This document shows positions 38,967 through 48,076 of a stretch of 64,000 nucleotides of DNA, one piece after another. Source of the DNA: an uncultured virus (IMG/VR IMGVR_UViG_3300025070_000011) (Duplodnaviria; Heunggongvirae; Uroviricota; Caudoviricetes); the IMG/VR virus record IMGVR_UViG_3300025070_000011; one strand, written 5' to 3'. Position numbers and translations under genes: made by a program. Numbering within the stretch: position 1 is the first letter of the stretch; each line of letters opens with the position of its first letter. Under the pieces are notes generated by a model. It had not been told where the DNA came from and searched no databases. It saw nothing but the letters and a program-made list of their open reading frames with translations.

Positions 38967-39005
38967 ATCTTCATAATAATTAGAATTTTTTGAAGGTCGT
39001 TTAAA

Positions 39006-39422
39006 ATGAGTGAAGATTTTTTTGCTATTGATTTTCCAGATTATACGCCAGTGGAAGTAAAGTTAAAAAGTGACGATGACTTTTTGAAGGTGAGAGAGAC
39101 ACTATCTAGAATTGGTGTCGCATCCAAGAAAGAAAAAGTCCTGTATCAGTCCTGCCACATCTTGCACAAGCAGGGCAGATACTTTATCACCCACTTTAAA
39201 GAACTTTTTGCCTTAGATGGCAAACTTGCTGAGCTCAGTGAAAATGATCTGATGAGAAGAAACTCCATTGCCAAGTTGTTGCGCGATTGGGGTTTGATAG
39301 AATTGTGCCAACCAATTTCTGAAGAGAAGTTGGCGCCGATGAGTCAAATCAAAATTCTGCCCTTCAAGGAGAAGAATGATTGGACTCTTGTTACCAAGTA
39401 TAATATTGGTAGAAAAAAATAA
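39006..39422 (+). CDS. regA: translational repressor RegA
   Basis: DDFLKVRETLSRIG, LYQSCHILHKQGRY.I.HFKELFALDG motifs. Confidence 0.96.
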   Translation: MSEDFFAIDFPDYTPVEVKLKSDDDFLKVRETLSRIGVASKKEKVLYQSCHILHKQGRYFITHFKELFALDGKLAELSENDLMRRNSIAKLLRDWGLIELCQPISEEKLAPMSQIKILPFKEKNDWTLVTKYNIGRKK

Positions 39423-39423
39423 T

Positions 39424-39509
39424 TATATAAGGCACGAAGTCTTATATATATTATCGTATCGCCGTAAGGGATACGCAATTTAAACTCGCTGAAAAGGAGA
39501 CTAAAAATG
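39424..39509 (+). promoter_or_regulatory. structured 5' UTR with ROSE-like RNA thermometer (hsp20)
   Basis: CTC-G-CT-GAAA-AGGAG hairpin with a bulged G pairing the SD; two upstream hairpins. Confidence 0.55.
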
Positions 39510-39983
39510 GTCACACGCAGATATGGTGTAGCTGATATCGATAAATTTGTTGAACAATACAGACCCTTCACTATTGGGTTTGACAGACTGTTTGACAATC
39601 TAACATCGGTCAGTGAAATCGCAAACAACTACCCTCCCTACAACATTGTCAAACAGGATGATGAGAATTATATCATTGAGATTGCCGCTGCTGGTTTTCG
39701 ATCTGATGAATTCAATATCCACCTTGTTCCAAACGGCAACAAACTGGTTGTCCAAGGTGTACAAGAGCGGGGAGAAGACACAAAAGAATATCTTCACAAA
39801 GGTATCGGTGCCAGAAACTTTACTCGCACATTCGCTCTGACGGATGACGTAAAGGTAGAAGGTGCTGACTTTGATGATGGTATGCTTTACGTTTCTCTGC
39901 AAAAGGTAGTGCCAGAGGAAAAGAAACCCAAGATCATCGCAGTCAACAAAGGTAAGCCCCAATTTCTTCAAGAAGGAGAATGA
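39507..39983 (+). CDS. small heat shock protein Hsp20 (IbpA-like)
   Basis: IGFDRLF, NYPPYNI, IEIA.AGF, YLHKGI..R.F.R.F.L, VPEEKKP motifs. Confidence 0.95.
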   Translation: MVTRRYGVADIDKFVEQYRPFTIGFDRLFDNLTSVSEIANNYPPYNIVKQDDENYIIEIAAAGFRSDEFNIHLVPNGNKLVVQGVQERGEDTKEYLHKGIGARNFTRTFALTDDVKVEGADFDDGMLYVSLQKVVPEEKKPKIIAVNKGKPQFLQEGE

Positions 39984-40087
39984 TGAAAAAGCAAAGAGTG
40001 TTTCGTAGATTAAACACATATGGAATCTACGCCCTATCCTTGGTGATAGGTTTTGCTACTGTCTATAGTGTTGCTGCAATAATTTAA
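39983..40087 (+). CDS. small single-TM membrane protein, not in ORF track
   Basis: MKKQRVFRRLNTYGIYALSLVIGFATVYSVAAII; AAGGAG SD; start overlaps the hsp20 stop. Confidence 0.55.
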   Translation: MKKQRVFRRLNTYGIYALSLVIGFATVYSVAAII

Positions 40088-40102
40088 AATGGAGATCATG
40101 TT

Positions 40103-40483
40103 ATGAGTGAAGAAGTGATTGATGCTGATATTAATCAGCCGGTATCAATGGAAATTGAACAACCAGAAAAATCTTGTGTGGGTATTAGAATCAACGGAAT
40201 TCTTTCCGACATGATTGGATACCTCAGTGATGATGCAGAGGGCAATAGATTTATTCTAGAGAACCCTGCTGAGATTCACTACAAGAAAGAGGATGGTGCG
40301 CCAGAAGGACAGTATAAAATTGTTTTCCTGCCGTGTTGTCCTTCTAGTAATGGTACTCTGTTTATACCATATGGCAATTTGACTTATGTGTTTGACCCCA
40401 AGGATGATATCAAGTCAGAGTACCAGTTGAAGTTTAAACATTCTTTGACTGAGATATCAAAGACTCCACAATATCAGGGGTAA
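40103..40483 (+). CDS. hypothetical protein
   Basis: ORF with GGAG SD before gp43. Confidence 0.7.
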   Translation: MSEEVIDADINQPVSMEIEQPEKSCVGIRINGILSDMIGYLSDDAEGNRFILENPAEIHYKKEDGAPEGQYKIVFLPCCPSSNGTLFIPYGNLTYVFDPKDDIKSEYQLKFKHSLTEISKTPQYQG

Positions 40484-40486
40484 CCA

Positions 40487-40515
40487 TTGACATCTACGAC
40501 TTGTTGTGGTAACAT
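40487..40515 (+). promoter_or_regulatory. sigma70-type promoter for gp43
   Basis: TTGACA-N17-TAACAT with extended -10 TG. Confidence 0.7.
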
Positions 40516-40547
40516 ATAGTTTGTTTGATTATTTTGGTTATGAATAG

Positions 40548-43055
40548 ATGTCTCAAAACTTCTACACTTATGCATGGCAGTATGGCAACTCTATACTAGT
40601 GCGTGGGGTGAGGAATGGCAAACGGTTTACGGAACGCCATCCCTTCACCCCAACATTATACGTCAAGTCTGCTGAACAAAGTCAGTACAAATCTATCGAC
40701 GGTCAAAACCTAAAGGAAATAACCTTTGGTGACAATTCTGACTGTAAAGAATTCTTGGACAATTACTCCAAGGTCGAAAACTATCCCATCTATGGTCAGA
40801 CCGATCTGACCTATCAATATCTATCCTCCGTCTATCCCGACGAGCTGACATTTGATATGAGTCAAATGAAAATCTTGTCTATCGATATTGAGACTACCGC
40901 CGAACATGGGTTCCCAGATGTCGAGAACCCCATCGAAGAAGTTCTTCTTATCTCTGTCATTGACAATGCCACAAAAGAAATCCACACTTGGGGTGCGGGT
41001 GAGTGGAAGTGCGTTTCAGAGGAAGTCGAAGGACTGCCCGTGACCTATCACTATTGCAGTGATGAATATGATCTGCTGGAACAATTCATGCAGTGGTGGG
41101 CTAGTGACTATCCAGACATTGTTACTGGTTGGAACATGGAACAGTTTGATATGCCCTACTTGGTCAACAGGATTGACCGAGTGTTTGGCAACGATGCTAA
41201 AAACAATCTCAGTCCGTATGGCATGACTCGCAAACGCATGGTGCGAGGACACAACCGAGAGATCATGAAGATTGATATGAAGGGTGTGATTCAACTTGAC
41301 TACATGGACCTGTACAAAAAGTTTACCTACACATTCCAAGAATCTTATCGACTTGATTATATTGCCGAGGTAGAACTAGGAAAGAACAAACTTGAAATGG
41401 GGTTTGAAACTTTCCGAGAGTTTTACGAGGGTGATTGGAATAGATTCATCGACTACAACATCATCGATACCAAACTCGTTGACGAACTTGATGACAAGAT
41501 GAAGTTCCTTGAGTTGATTATCACGATGGCATATGACTGCAAGTGTAATTACAATGATATCTTTTCTTCAGTGCGTACATGGGATTGCCTGTTGTACAAT
41601 CACCTGTTGGATAAAGGTATCATGATTCCACAGAAGAAAGAACAATTCTCTGATGGATTCCCAGGCGGTTATGTACAAGAACCAAAGACGGGAAAGTACA
41701 AGTGGATCGTATCGGTTGATGCCACCTCACTGTACCCATCGATCATTATGCAACACAATCTCTCACCAGAGATGTTGGCAACGAATCACAAACCAATTGA
41801 TTGCACTGTCGATAGTATTCTTGATCGCAAACACAAACTCAAGTTGGATGATAGTGATCTATCTATGGCTGCCAATGGTTACCTGTACCACAAAGATAGA
41901 CAGGGTTTCATGGCAGAGATCACCCAGAAGTTTTTTGATGATCGTCAACGGTACAAGAAACTGATGAAACAGGCAGAACAAGAGTATGAGGATACAAAGA
42001 ATCCCGCACTCAAGAATGACATTGCCAAGTATCACAACTTCCAGATGGCACGAAAGATTCAGTTAAACTCTCTCTTTGGTGCAATTGGTAACAAGTGGTT
42101 CCGATACTTTGATGAACGCATCGCGGAGTCTATCACCCTGACCGGACAGTTGATTATCCGTGACACCGCCAAGGTCATCGATGAATTCATGAACAAGTTT
42201 CTCGACACAGAGGGTGAGGTATATTCTTTTTACACCGACACCGACTCTTGTTATCTCACGCTGGACAAGATGGTGGAGAAACATCTCAGTGGTAAATCCC
42301 GCGAAGAGATAATCAATGTACTTGATAAGTTTGTCGAGGATAAACTAGTACCATCAATCAATGGACGTATGTCTGAACTTGGTGACTACATGAACGTGTT
42401 CGACAAGAAGATCGATTTCAAACGCGAGGCAATTGCCGACACTGGCATCTGGGTTGCGAAGAAAAGATATGCAATGAATGTGTGGGATAACGAAGGTGTC
42501 CGATACAAAGAAGCAAAACTGAAAGTGATGGGTCTAGAGATTGTTCGATCCTCTACTCCAGCTCCTGTTCGTAGTTGGTTGAAGGAGGCAGTTGCGTTGT
42601 GTCTGGTTGCCGATGAAAAGGAGTTGCAGACTTATGTCGAAGAGACATGGCAGAGGTTTAGAAGTATGGACCCAGAACTGATTGCCTTTCCGCGTGGATG
42701 TAACAATCTCGGCAAGTACATGTCCCGCGAAACCGTATACACCAAGGGTACTCCCATGCATGTCCGTGGCGCATTGGTTTACAACCACCTGTGCAAGACA
42801 CAAAAAATCGAGAACAAGTATCAGTTGATTCAAGATGGTGATAAGATCAAGTATGTGTATCTGAAAGAACCAAATCATATCAGGGAGAACTGTGTTGCCA
42901 TGAACGGACTCATGCCAAAGGAGTTTGATCTGCATCGATACATTGACTATGATACTCAATTCCAGAAAGCATTTCTCGACCCACTAAATACAATTGTTGA
43001 AAGTTTGAACTGGAATACAAAACCAGTGGCTACGCTGGAAGGATTGTTTTCGTGA
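40548..43055 (+). CDS. gp43: family B DNA polymerase gp43
   Basis: DIET exonuclease I, GWN...FD, D..SLYPSII, KIQLNSLFG, YTDTDS, KKRYA motifs. Confidence 0.98.
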   Translation: MSQNFYTYAWQYGNSILVRGVRNGKRFTERHPFTPTLYVKSAEQSQYKSIDGQNLKEITFGDNSDCKEFLDNYSKVENYPIYGQTDLTYQYLSSVYPDELTFDMSQMKILSIDIETTAEHGFPDVENPIEEVLLISVIDNATKEIHTWGAGEWKCVSEEVEGLPVTYHYCSDEYDLLEQFMQWWASDYPDIVTGWNMEQFDMPYLVNRIDRVFGNDAKNNLSPYGMTRKRMVRGHNREIMKIDMKGVIQLDYMDLYKKFTYTFQESYRLDYIAEVELGKNKLEMGFETFREFYEGDWNRFIDYNIIDTKLVDELDDKMKFLELIITMAYDCKCNYNDIFSSVRTWDCLLYNHLLDKGIMIPQKKEQFSDGFPGGYVQEPKTGKYKWIVSVDATSLYPSIIMQHNLSPEMLATNHKPIDCTVDSILDRKHKLKLDDSDLSMAANGYLYHKDRQGFMAEITQKFFDDRQRYKKLMKQAEQEYEDTKNPALKNDIAKYHNFQMARKIQLNSLFGAIGNKWFRYFDERIAESITLTGQLIIRDTAKVIDEFMNKFLDTEGEVYSFYTDTDSCYLTLDKMVEKHLSGKSREEIINVLDKFVEDKLVPSINGRMSELGDYMNVFDKKIDFKREAIADTGIWVAKKRYAMNVWDNEGVRYKEAKLKVMGLEIVRSSTPAPVRSWLKEAVALCLVADEKELQTYVEETWQRFRSMDPELIAFPRGCNNLGKYMSRETVYTKGTPMHVRGALVYNHLCKTQKIENKYQLIQDGDKIKYVYLKEPNHIRENCVAMNGLMPKEFDLHRYIDYDTQFQKAFLDPLNTIVESLNWNTKPVATLEGLFS

Positions 43056-43738
43056 TATTAGAGTTTCACGGAATAGAGTGGGAGACAATTAATAATTCTT
43101 TTTCAGAAAGATATCACGATCATTTGAAAAAATACTTATTTGAATCCGAAGAGTATTTTGAGGGACGTAAAGAAACTGAAGAACTAATAGAAGAAATAGT
43201 AGAAGTTTGTAGAAATCTTGACATAGAATTTACAACCTTGAATGAAGTGCATGAACTAACAGTTGACCGTAGAAGTTCAGATATTCAATATGAAAAGCTG
43301 AATGATCTCATACACTATTACGAAAGAGAACAACAAAACTATCCTCCCAGATGGGGATTTAGAAACGGCAATTCTCCAATGGAATTGATTGAATCTGACT
43401 ATGATTATTTTACTGTAGATAGAAAGTATGGATACCTATACACAATGTATCCACACATAGCTAGACATTTTGCTGAAGCGGTTATGGCAGACGATCCTAC
43501 TGGAACTATAAGACCACAAGAACTCGTTAGACCAAATTTCTTTTGTTGGTTGGGGAACGACATGATAGTCGAGGATAAATTTCTGGTAATGGCAAAACAG
43601 TTTATCGATAAGTATAAATTATCATACAATTTAGATGACAAAAAATTAGCAATGGGTTATATTCCATTTGCTAGAGTTAAAAGTGAAACGAGGGATTTGA
43701 CAGAAATCCTACAAAGGAGTTATAATGAGTTTAATTGA
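43052..43738 (+). CDS. hypothetical protein (AT-rich insertion between gp43 and uvsX)
   Basis: 228-aa ORF overlapping both neighbours. Confidence 0.7.
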   Translation: MILEFHGIEWETINNSFSERYHDHLKKYLFESEEYFEGRKETEELIEEIVEVCRNLDIEFTTLNEVHELTVDRRSSDIQYEKLNDLIHYYEREQQNYPPRWGFRNGNSPMELIESDYDYFTVDRKYGYLYTMYPHIARHFAEAVMADDPTGTIRPQELVRPNFFCWLGNDMIVEDKFLVMAKQFIDKYKLSYNLDDKKLAMGYIPFARVKSETRDLTEILQRSYNEFN

Positions 43739-44786
43739 TAAGTTAAAAAAGAATTCAACCATCAAAGAGTCTTCTGTACTGACAGACTCAAAGTTTTTCA
43801 ATACAAAAGATTTGATTCAGACATCTGTGCCCGCATTGAATGTGGCATTGTCTGGTAAACTTGATGGTGGACTGACGCCTGGACTGACAGTGTTCGCCGG
43901 GCCCTCAAAACATTTTAAGACGGCATTTGCCATGCTCCTTGCCAAGTCTTATCTTGACAAGTATGATGATGCAGTAATCTTATTTTATGATTCGGAGTTT
44001 GGTGCCCCGCAAGGATACTTTGACAGTTTTGGGATTGACACTGACCGAGTGATCCACACTCCTATCACCGATATCGAACAGTTGAAACATGACTCTATGT
44101 CTCAGTTGAATGACATTGTACGCGGTGACCGCGTGATGATTATTGTAGACTCGGTTGGTAACTTGGCATCCAAGAAAGAAGTTGATGATGCACTTGACGG
44201 TAAGTCTGTCGCAGATATGACACGCGCCAAACAAATGAAGTCTCTCTTCCGCATGATTACACCGCACCTGACAATCAAAGACATTCCTGCTGTGGTGGTG
44301 AATCACACCTACAAAGAGATTGGTTTGTTTCCCAAAGACGTTGTTTCTGGTGGCACAGGCATCTACTACTCTGCTGATAATATCTACATAATCGGCCGAC
44401 AACAAGAAAAGACCGGCACAGACTTGGTGGGATACAACTTCATCATCAATATTGAGAAGTCTCGTTATGTCCGTGAGAAATCTAAGATTCCAATCGAAGT
44501 CACGTTTGAGGGTGGTATCAGCAAATGGTCCGGTCTCTTAGATATGGCAATGGAATCTGGTCACGTTGTAAAACCCAGTAACGGTTGGTATCAAGTTGCG
44601 TCGGCTGGAGAAGACAGCAAAAAGTATCGTACAAAAGATACCTACCAGAAAGAATTCTGGTTGCCCATTCTCAAAGACGAAACGTTTGTCGAATGGATTT
44701 CTAATCGATACCTCATTTCTTCTGATGCAATCATGTCTGCTGAGGTGACTGAAGAGGATATTGAAGATGCCTACAGCGAAGTGTGA
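43725..44786 (+). CDS. uvsX: RecA-like recombinase UvsX
   Basis: AGPSKHFKT, FYDSEFG, DSVGNLASKKE, DMTRAK, SGGTG motifs. Confidence 0.96.
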   Translation: MSLIDKLKKNSTIKESSVLTDSKFFNTKDLIQTSVPALNVALSGKLDGGLTPGLTVFAGPSKHFKTAFAMLLAKSYLDKYDDAVILFYDSEFGAPQGYFDSFGIDTDRVIHTPITDIEQLKHDSMSQLNDIVRGDRVMIIVDSVGNLASKKEVDDALDGKSVADMTRAKQMKSLFRMITPHLTIKDIPAVVVNHTYKEIGLFPKDVVSGGTGIYYSADNIYIIGRQQEKTGTDLVGYNFIINIEKSRYVREKSKIPIEVTFEGGISKWSGLLDMAMESGHVVKPSNGWYQVASAGEDSKKYRTKDTYQKEFWLPILKDETFVEWISNRYLISSDAIMSAEVTEEDIEDAYSEV

Positions 44787-44946
44787 TCGATGTGGTAACG
44801 AGATCGACCTTGACAAAGACGCTGCTATGTGTTTTAATAATGGTGATGAAGATAAGGTTTATCTTTGTGAACCATGCGTAGAAATTGTAAAGAGAGAATT
44901 TATTGATGAGATTAGAGAAACAAATATTATCGAATCTGATACTTGA
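44767..44946 (+). CDS. small zinc-finger-like protein
   Basis: CDRC...CEPC; bridges uvsX and gp41. Confidence 0.55.
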   Translation: MPTAKCDRCGNEIDLDKDAAMCFNNGDEDKVYLCEPCVEIVKREFIDEIRETNIIESDT

Positions 44947-46291
44947 TGAGGAGTATGCTAGAAAAGTCATTGCATTTCTGAAAGAAGATTACTTTCTTGA
45001 TGCTGACTACCGAACTGTCTTTCAGGCGGTAGGCGAACACTTTGTTAAGTATAACTCTCCACCGTCCAAGAGTGCAATTCTTATTTCTTTGCAGAACAAT
45101 CGTTCTATCACAGAAGATTTGTATGTTAGATCAGAAGAACTTGTAAATAGTTTGAACAGTGCTGAACCCGATGAGGATTGGCTTGTAGATCAGACCGAGA
45201 AGTTTTGTAAGGACAAGGCAGTTTACAATGCCATCATGCAGTCAATTCAGATTATCGATGGGGATGATAAAATTCATACCGTCGATTCCCTCCCTAGTAT
45301 ATTATCTGATGCTCTAAGTGTTGGGTTTGATAATCATGTTGGTCACGATTATGTTGCCGATGCAGAAACCAGATATGAATATTATCACAGAGAAGAAGAA
45401 AAACTTCCATTCGATTTGGACTACTTCAACAGAATTACTGAGGGTGGTCTGAGTAACAAGACTTTGAATGTTGCACTTGCAGGAACGGGTGTCGGTAAGT
45501 CTCTCTTCATGTGTCACTGTGCCGCATCCTGTATCTCTCAGGGCAAGAACGTTTTGTATATTACTCTAGAGATGGCGGAGGAACGTATCGCAGAACGTAT
45601 TGATGCGAACATGATGAATGTGCCTATCACAGACTTGCGCGAACTTTCCAAAAAAATGTTTGATGATCGGGTCGAGAAGATTAAGAACAAAATTGATGGG
45701 CGTTTGATTATCAAAGAGTATCCGACTGCCTCTGCTCACGTTGGACATTTCCGTACACTACTTGAAGAACTAAAAGTCAAACAGGATTTCAAACCAGACA
45801 TCATCTATGTTGATTACCTAAATATCTGTGTGAGTCAAAGACTCCGTGGCAATGTCGGTGCAAACTCTTACACCATTGTCAAGAGTATCGCAGAAGAAAT
45901 GCGTGGCCTTGCTGTTGAGTTTGATGTGCCGATTGTCACCGCAACACAGACAACCAGAGGTGGATACAACAACAGTGATGTTGACCTGACAGATACTTCA
46001 GAGTCTTTCGGTCTCCCTGCCACCGCCGACTTGATGTTTGCTCTAATCTCTACAGAGGAATTAGAACAACAGGGTCACATCATGGTGAAACAATTGAAGA
46101 ATCGATACAGTGACCCCACGAAGAACAAACGATTTATGATCGGTGTTGATCGTGCGAAGATGAGACTGTATGATTTGGATGAAGAAGCACAACACGACAT
46201 TCACGACTCTGGGCAAACTATTGACGATGGTCCAGTTTTTGACAAATCAGAGTTTGGTTCTAGAGCAAACTTGGGTTCTATAAAGATATAA
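44906..46291 (+). CDS. gp41: replicative helicase gp41
   Basis: AGTGVGKS, LEMAEE.IAERID, IKEYPT, DYLNI, TATQT.R, SESFGLP motifs. Confidence 0.96.
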   Translation: MRLEKQILSNLILDEEYARKVIAFLKEDYFLDADYRTVFQAVGEHFVKYNSPPSKSAILISLQNNRSITEDLYVRSEELVNSLNSAEPDEDWLVDQTEKFCKDKAVYNAIMQSIQIIDGDDKIHTVDSLPSILSDALSVGFDNHVGHDYVADAETRYEYYHREEEKLPFDLDYFNRITEGGLSNKTLNVALAGTGVGKSLFMCHCAASCISQGKNVLYITLEMAEERIAERIDANMMNVPITDLRELSKKMFDDRVEKIKNKIDGRLIIKEYPTASAHVGHFRTLLEELKVKQDFKPDIIYVDYLNICVSQRLRGNVGANSYTIVKSIAEEMRGLAVEFDVPIVTATQTTRGGYNNSDVDLTDTSESFGLPATADLMFALISTEELEQQGHIMVKQLKNRYSDPTKNKRFMIGVDRAKMRLYDLDEEAQHDIHDSGQTIDDGPVFDKSEFGSRANLGSIKI

Positions 46292-46294
46292 ATA
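46287..46294 (+). promoter_or_regulatory. late promoter TATAAATA (lysis-like cassette)
   Basis: Exact motif just before 46300. Confidence 0.65.
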
Positions 46295-46299
46295 AAAGT

Positions 46300-46683
46300 A
46301 TGATTAGTAAAATACTATTTGGTTTTATTCTGGCTGGAGGCGCGGTAGGTTATCTATACTACACGCAGACTCAAGCTGAACTGATTGAGTTGAGAGAGTA
46401 CAATCTAGCTTTGGAAATCAAGACTCAAACCCAAGATGATACCATAGATAAAATGAATAGTCAGTACCAGTTGCAAGCACAAGCTCTTATGGATTTGACA
46501 TCTAGAAATGCGGAGATTGTTGCGGAGAGAGATAGGTACTTAGATATTTTTCGTAGACATGATTTGTCTAAATTGGCCGCTGCAAAACCCGGCTTAATAG
46601 AACCGAGAGTTAATAATGCTACCAAAGAAGTTTTCGACAGTTTGGAAAACGACAGTAATTACGACTTCAATCCTGATCCTTAG
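46300..46683 (+). CDS. putative i-spanin (Rz-like)
   Basis: N-terminal TM followed by coiled coil; overlaps the lipoprotein gene. Confidence 0.6.
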   Translation: MISKILFGFILAGGAVGYLYYTQTQAELIELREYNLALEIKTQTQDDTIDKMNSQYQLQAQALMDLTSRNAEIVAERDRYLDIFRRHDLSKLAAAKPGLIEPRVNNATKEVFDSLENDSNYDFNPDP

Positions 46684-47038
46684 TGGATGTGCGCTGATGA
46701 AACCAGCGCCAAGGGAAGTTGAAATCAGAACTGTCGAGATGAAGATACCCATCCAGCACCCCGTAATGCCGAGACCTATCGACATGAAAGACCCCGCTTG
46801 GTATGTAGTGTCGGAAAAGAATATAGAAGAATTCATGAAGAGAATTCAAAAAGAAACTGGCGGAGTGTTCTTTGCAATGACGCCGGGTGATTACGAACTA
46901 ATGGCTTACAACCTTCAAGAAATCAAAAGGTTTGTAAAAGAAACTAGAGAAGTGATTATATATTATCGTACTGTGACTTCAGATGATGAAACTGAAACTG
47001 AAAAAGAGGTTACAGATGACGGACGAAGCGAAGAATAG
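46616..47038 (+). CDS. putative o-spanin lipoprotein (Rz1-like)
   Basis: Lipobox ILSGC, Pro-rich segment; overlaps the preceding gene by 68 nt. Confidence 0.6.
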   Translation: MLPKKFSTVWKTTVITTSILILSGCALMKPAPREVEIRTVEMKIPIQHPVMPRPIDMKDPAWYVVSEKNIEEFMKRIQKETGGVFFAMTPGDYELMAYNLQEIKRFVKETREVIIYYRTVTSDDETETEKEVTDDGRSEE

Positions 47039-47339
47039 AGAATATCATCCTGCTGATTCAAATGGTGATGGTAAAGTAGATGATGAAGAAAAAGCAATGT
47101 ACATGGAATTCAAGAGAAAGGAACTTGAAGACAACGATGCCATGCGTGATGCCCAAAGGAAGATGGCATGGTTCGCATTATTTGGAATGTTACTTTACCC
47201 TTTTGCAGTGGTCATTGCTTCTCTCGCCGGTTTGGATCAAGCACAAGATACTCTTGGAGACATGGCGCCTACTTATTTTGTTGCTGTTGCTGGTATCGTT
47301 GCCGCTTTCTTTGGCGCACAGGCTTTTAGTAAGAAATGA
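47016..47339 (+). CDS. two-TM membrane protein with EF-hand-like loop (possible holin)
   Basis: DSNGDGKVDDEE loop, two hydrophobic helices, basic C-terminus. Confidence 0.5.
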   Translation: MTDEAKNREYHPADSNGDGKVDDEEKAMYMEFKRKELEDNDAMRDAQRKMAWFALFGMLLYPFAVVIASLAGLDQAQDTLGDMAPTYFVAVAGIVAAFFGAQAFSKK

Positions 47340-47345
47340 TATGAT

Positions 47346-47936
47346 ATGATCTATTTTAAAATCCCTCTGGAAATGACAGAGGGTTTCCGCAATGAGTTTG
47401 AACAAGTACTTTTTAATAGTCAGAGTTCACTTCACAGACATCAAGTGCCTCACAAAGAGTCCATTCCCCATGATCTTGATATCTTGTTTATGACTCCCCA
47501 TGACCATTACTCCAATCTAAATCCACCACAACACCACAGAAATCTAATACAGCGGGTAGTGGACATCGTACACCCCGATATCCCACTCGCAGCATTTCCC
47601 GCCACTATGTTTCACATTCCCCCACACGGGCAAGTGCCATCTCACGTTGACAATCCTGCGTATGGTAGAAGAACTGGAATTGTTTTTCCAATAACACCAT
47701 ACGACCCAGACAAGTGGGCTCCCTGTAAGGTTGGAATACCGGAACCCGACACGGATTGTGAGTTTCATTCCTGCTATGCCTTCTCTACTGACGCCCGACA
47801 TGAGGTTTACAACAATGAATATGTCCGCTCAATGGTGCAAATCTGGGTAGATTTAGACTGTTCAGAGGTCTATGACAGGTTCAAAACGGAAAAACTTTTT
47901 AAGCCATTGAATTCTAAGGATTTCTTTTTCGTTTAA
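47346..47936 (+). CDS. putative 2OG-Fe(II) oxygenase
   Basis: P.G.VPSHVD (HxD)...HEVYN...R pattern. Confidence 0.6.
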   Translation: MIYFKIPLEMTEGFRNEFEQVLFNSQSSLHRHQVPHKESIPHDLDILFMTPHDHYSNLNPPQHHRNLIQRVVDIVHPDIPLAAFPATMFHIPPHGQVPSHVDNPAYGRRTGIVFPITPYDPDKWAPCKVGIPEPDTDCEFHSCYAFSTDARHEVYNNEYVRSMVQIWVDLDCSEVYDRFKTEKLFKPLNSKDFFFV

Positions 47937-48039
47937 AATCAATGACTTACAAAAAAATCAAATTTTTTTTATTCTCCTTATAAATCAACAACTTACAGAC
48001 CCCACTAGACTTGACATCTGCCCCGATAGCTGTCATAAT
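47900..48039 (+). promoter_or_regulatory. putative early promoter with three IHF-like boxes
   Basis: Boxes at 47900-47919, 47930-47949 and 47976-47995; TTGACA-N17-CATAAT at 48011-48039 sharing ATAGCTGTCATAAT with the 30719 promoter. Confidence 0.8.
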
Positions 48040-48076
48040 AGGTGTGTAAATTGAGTTGAGAGAGGTTTTTTGGTTA

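Noticed and set aside
8970..46291. Introns, inteins or homing endonucleases in gp17, gp43, gp41, uvsX, uvsW
   Set aside because: All are continuous ORFs of ordinary length; no splice-junction or HNH/GIY-YIG/LAGLIDADG motifs noticed
47900..47995. Inverted boxes as transposon ends or att sites
   Set aside because: No integrase or transposase in the window; the boxes recur specifically upstream of promoters, so a regulatory role fits better
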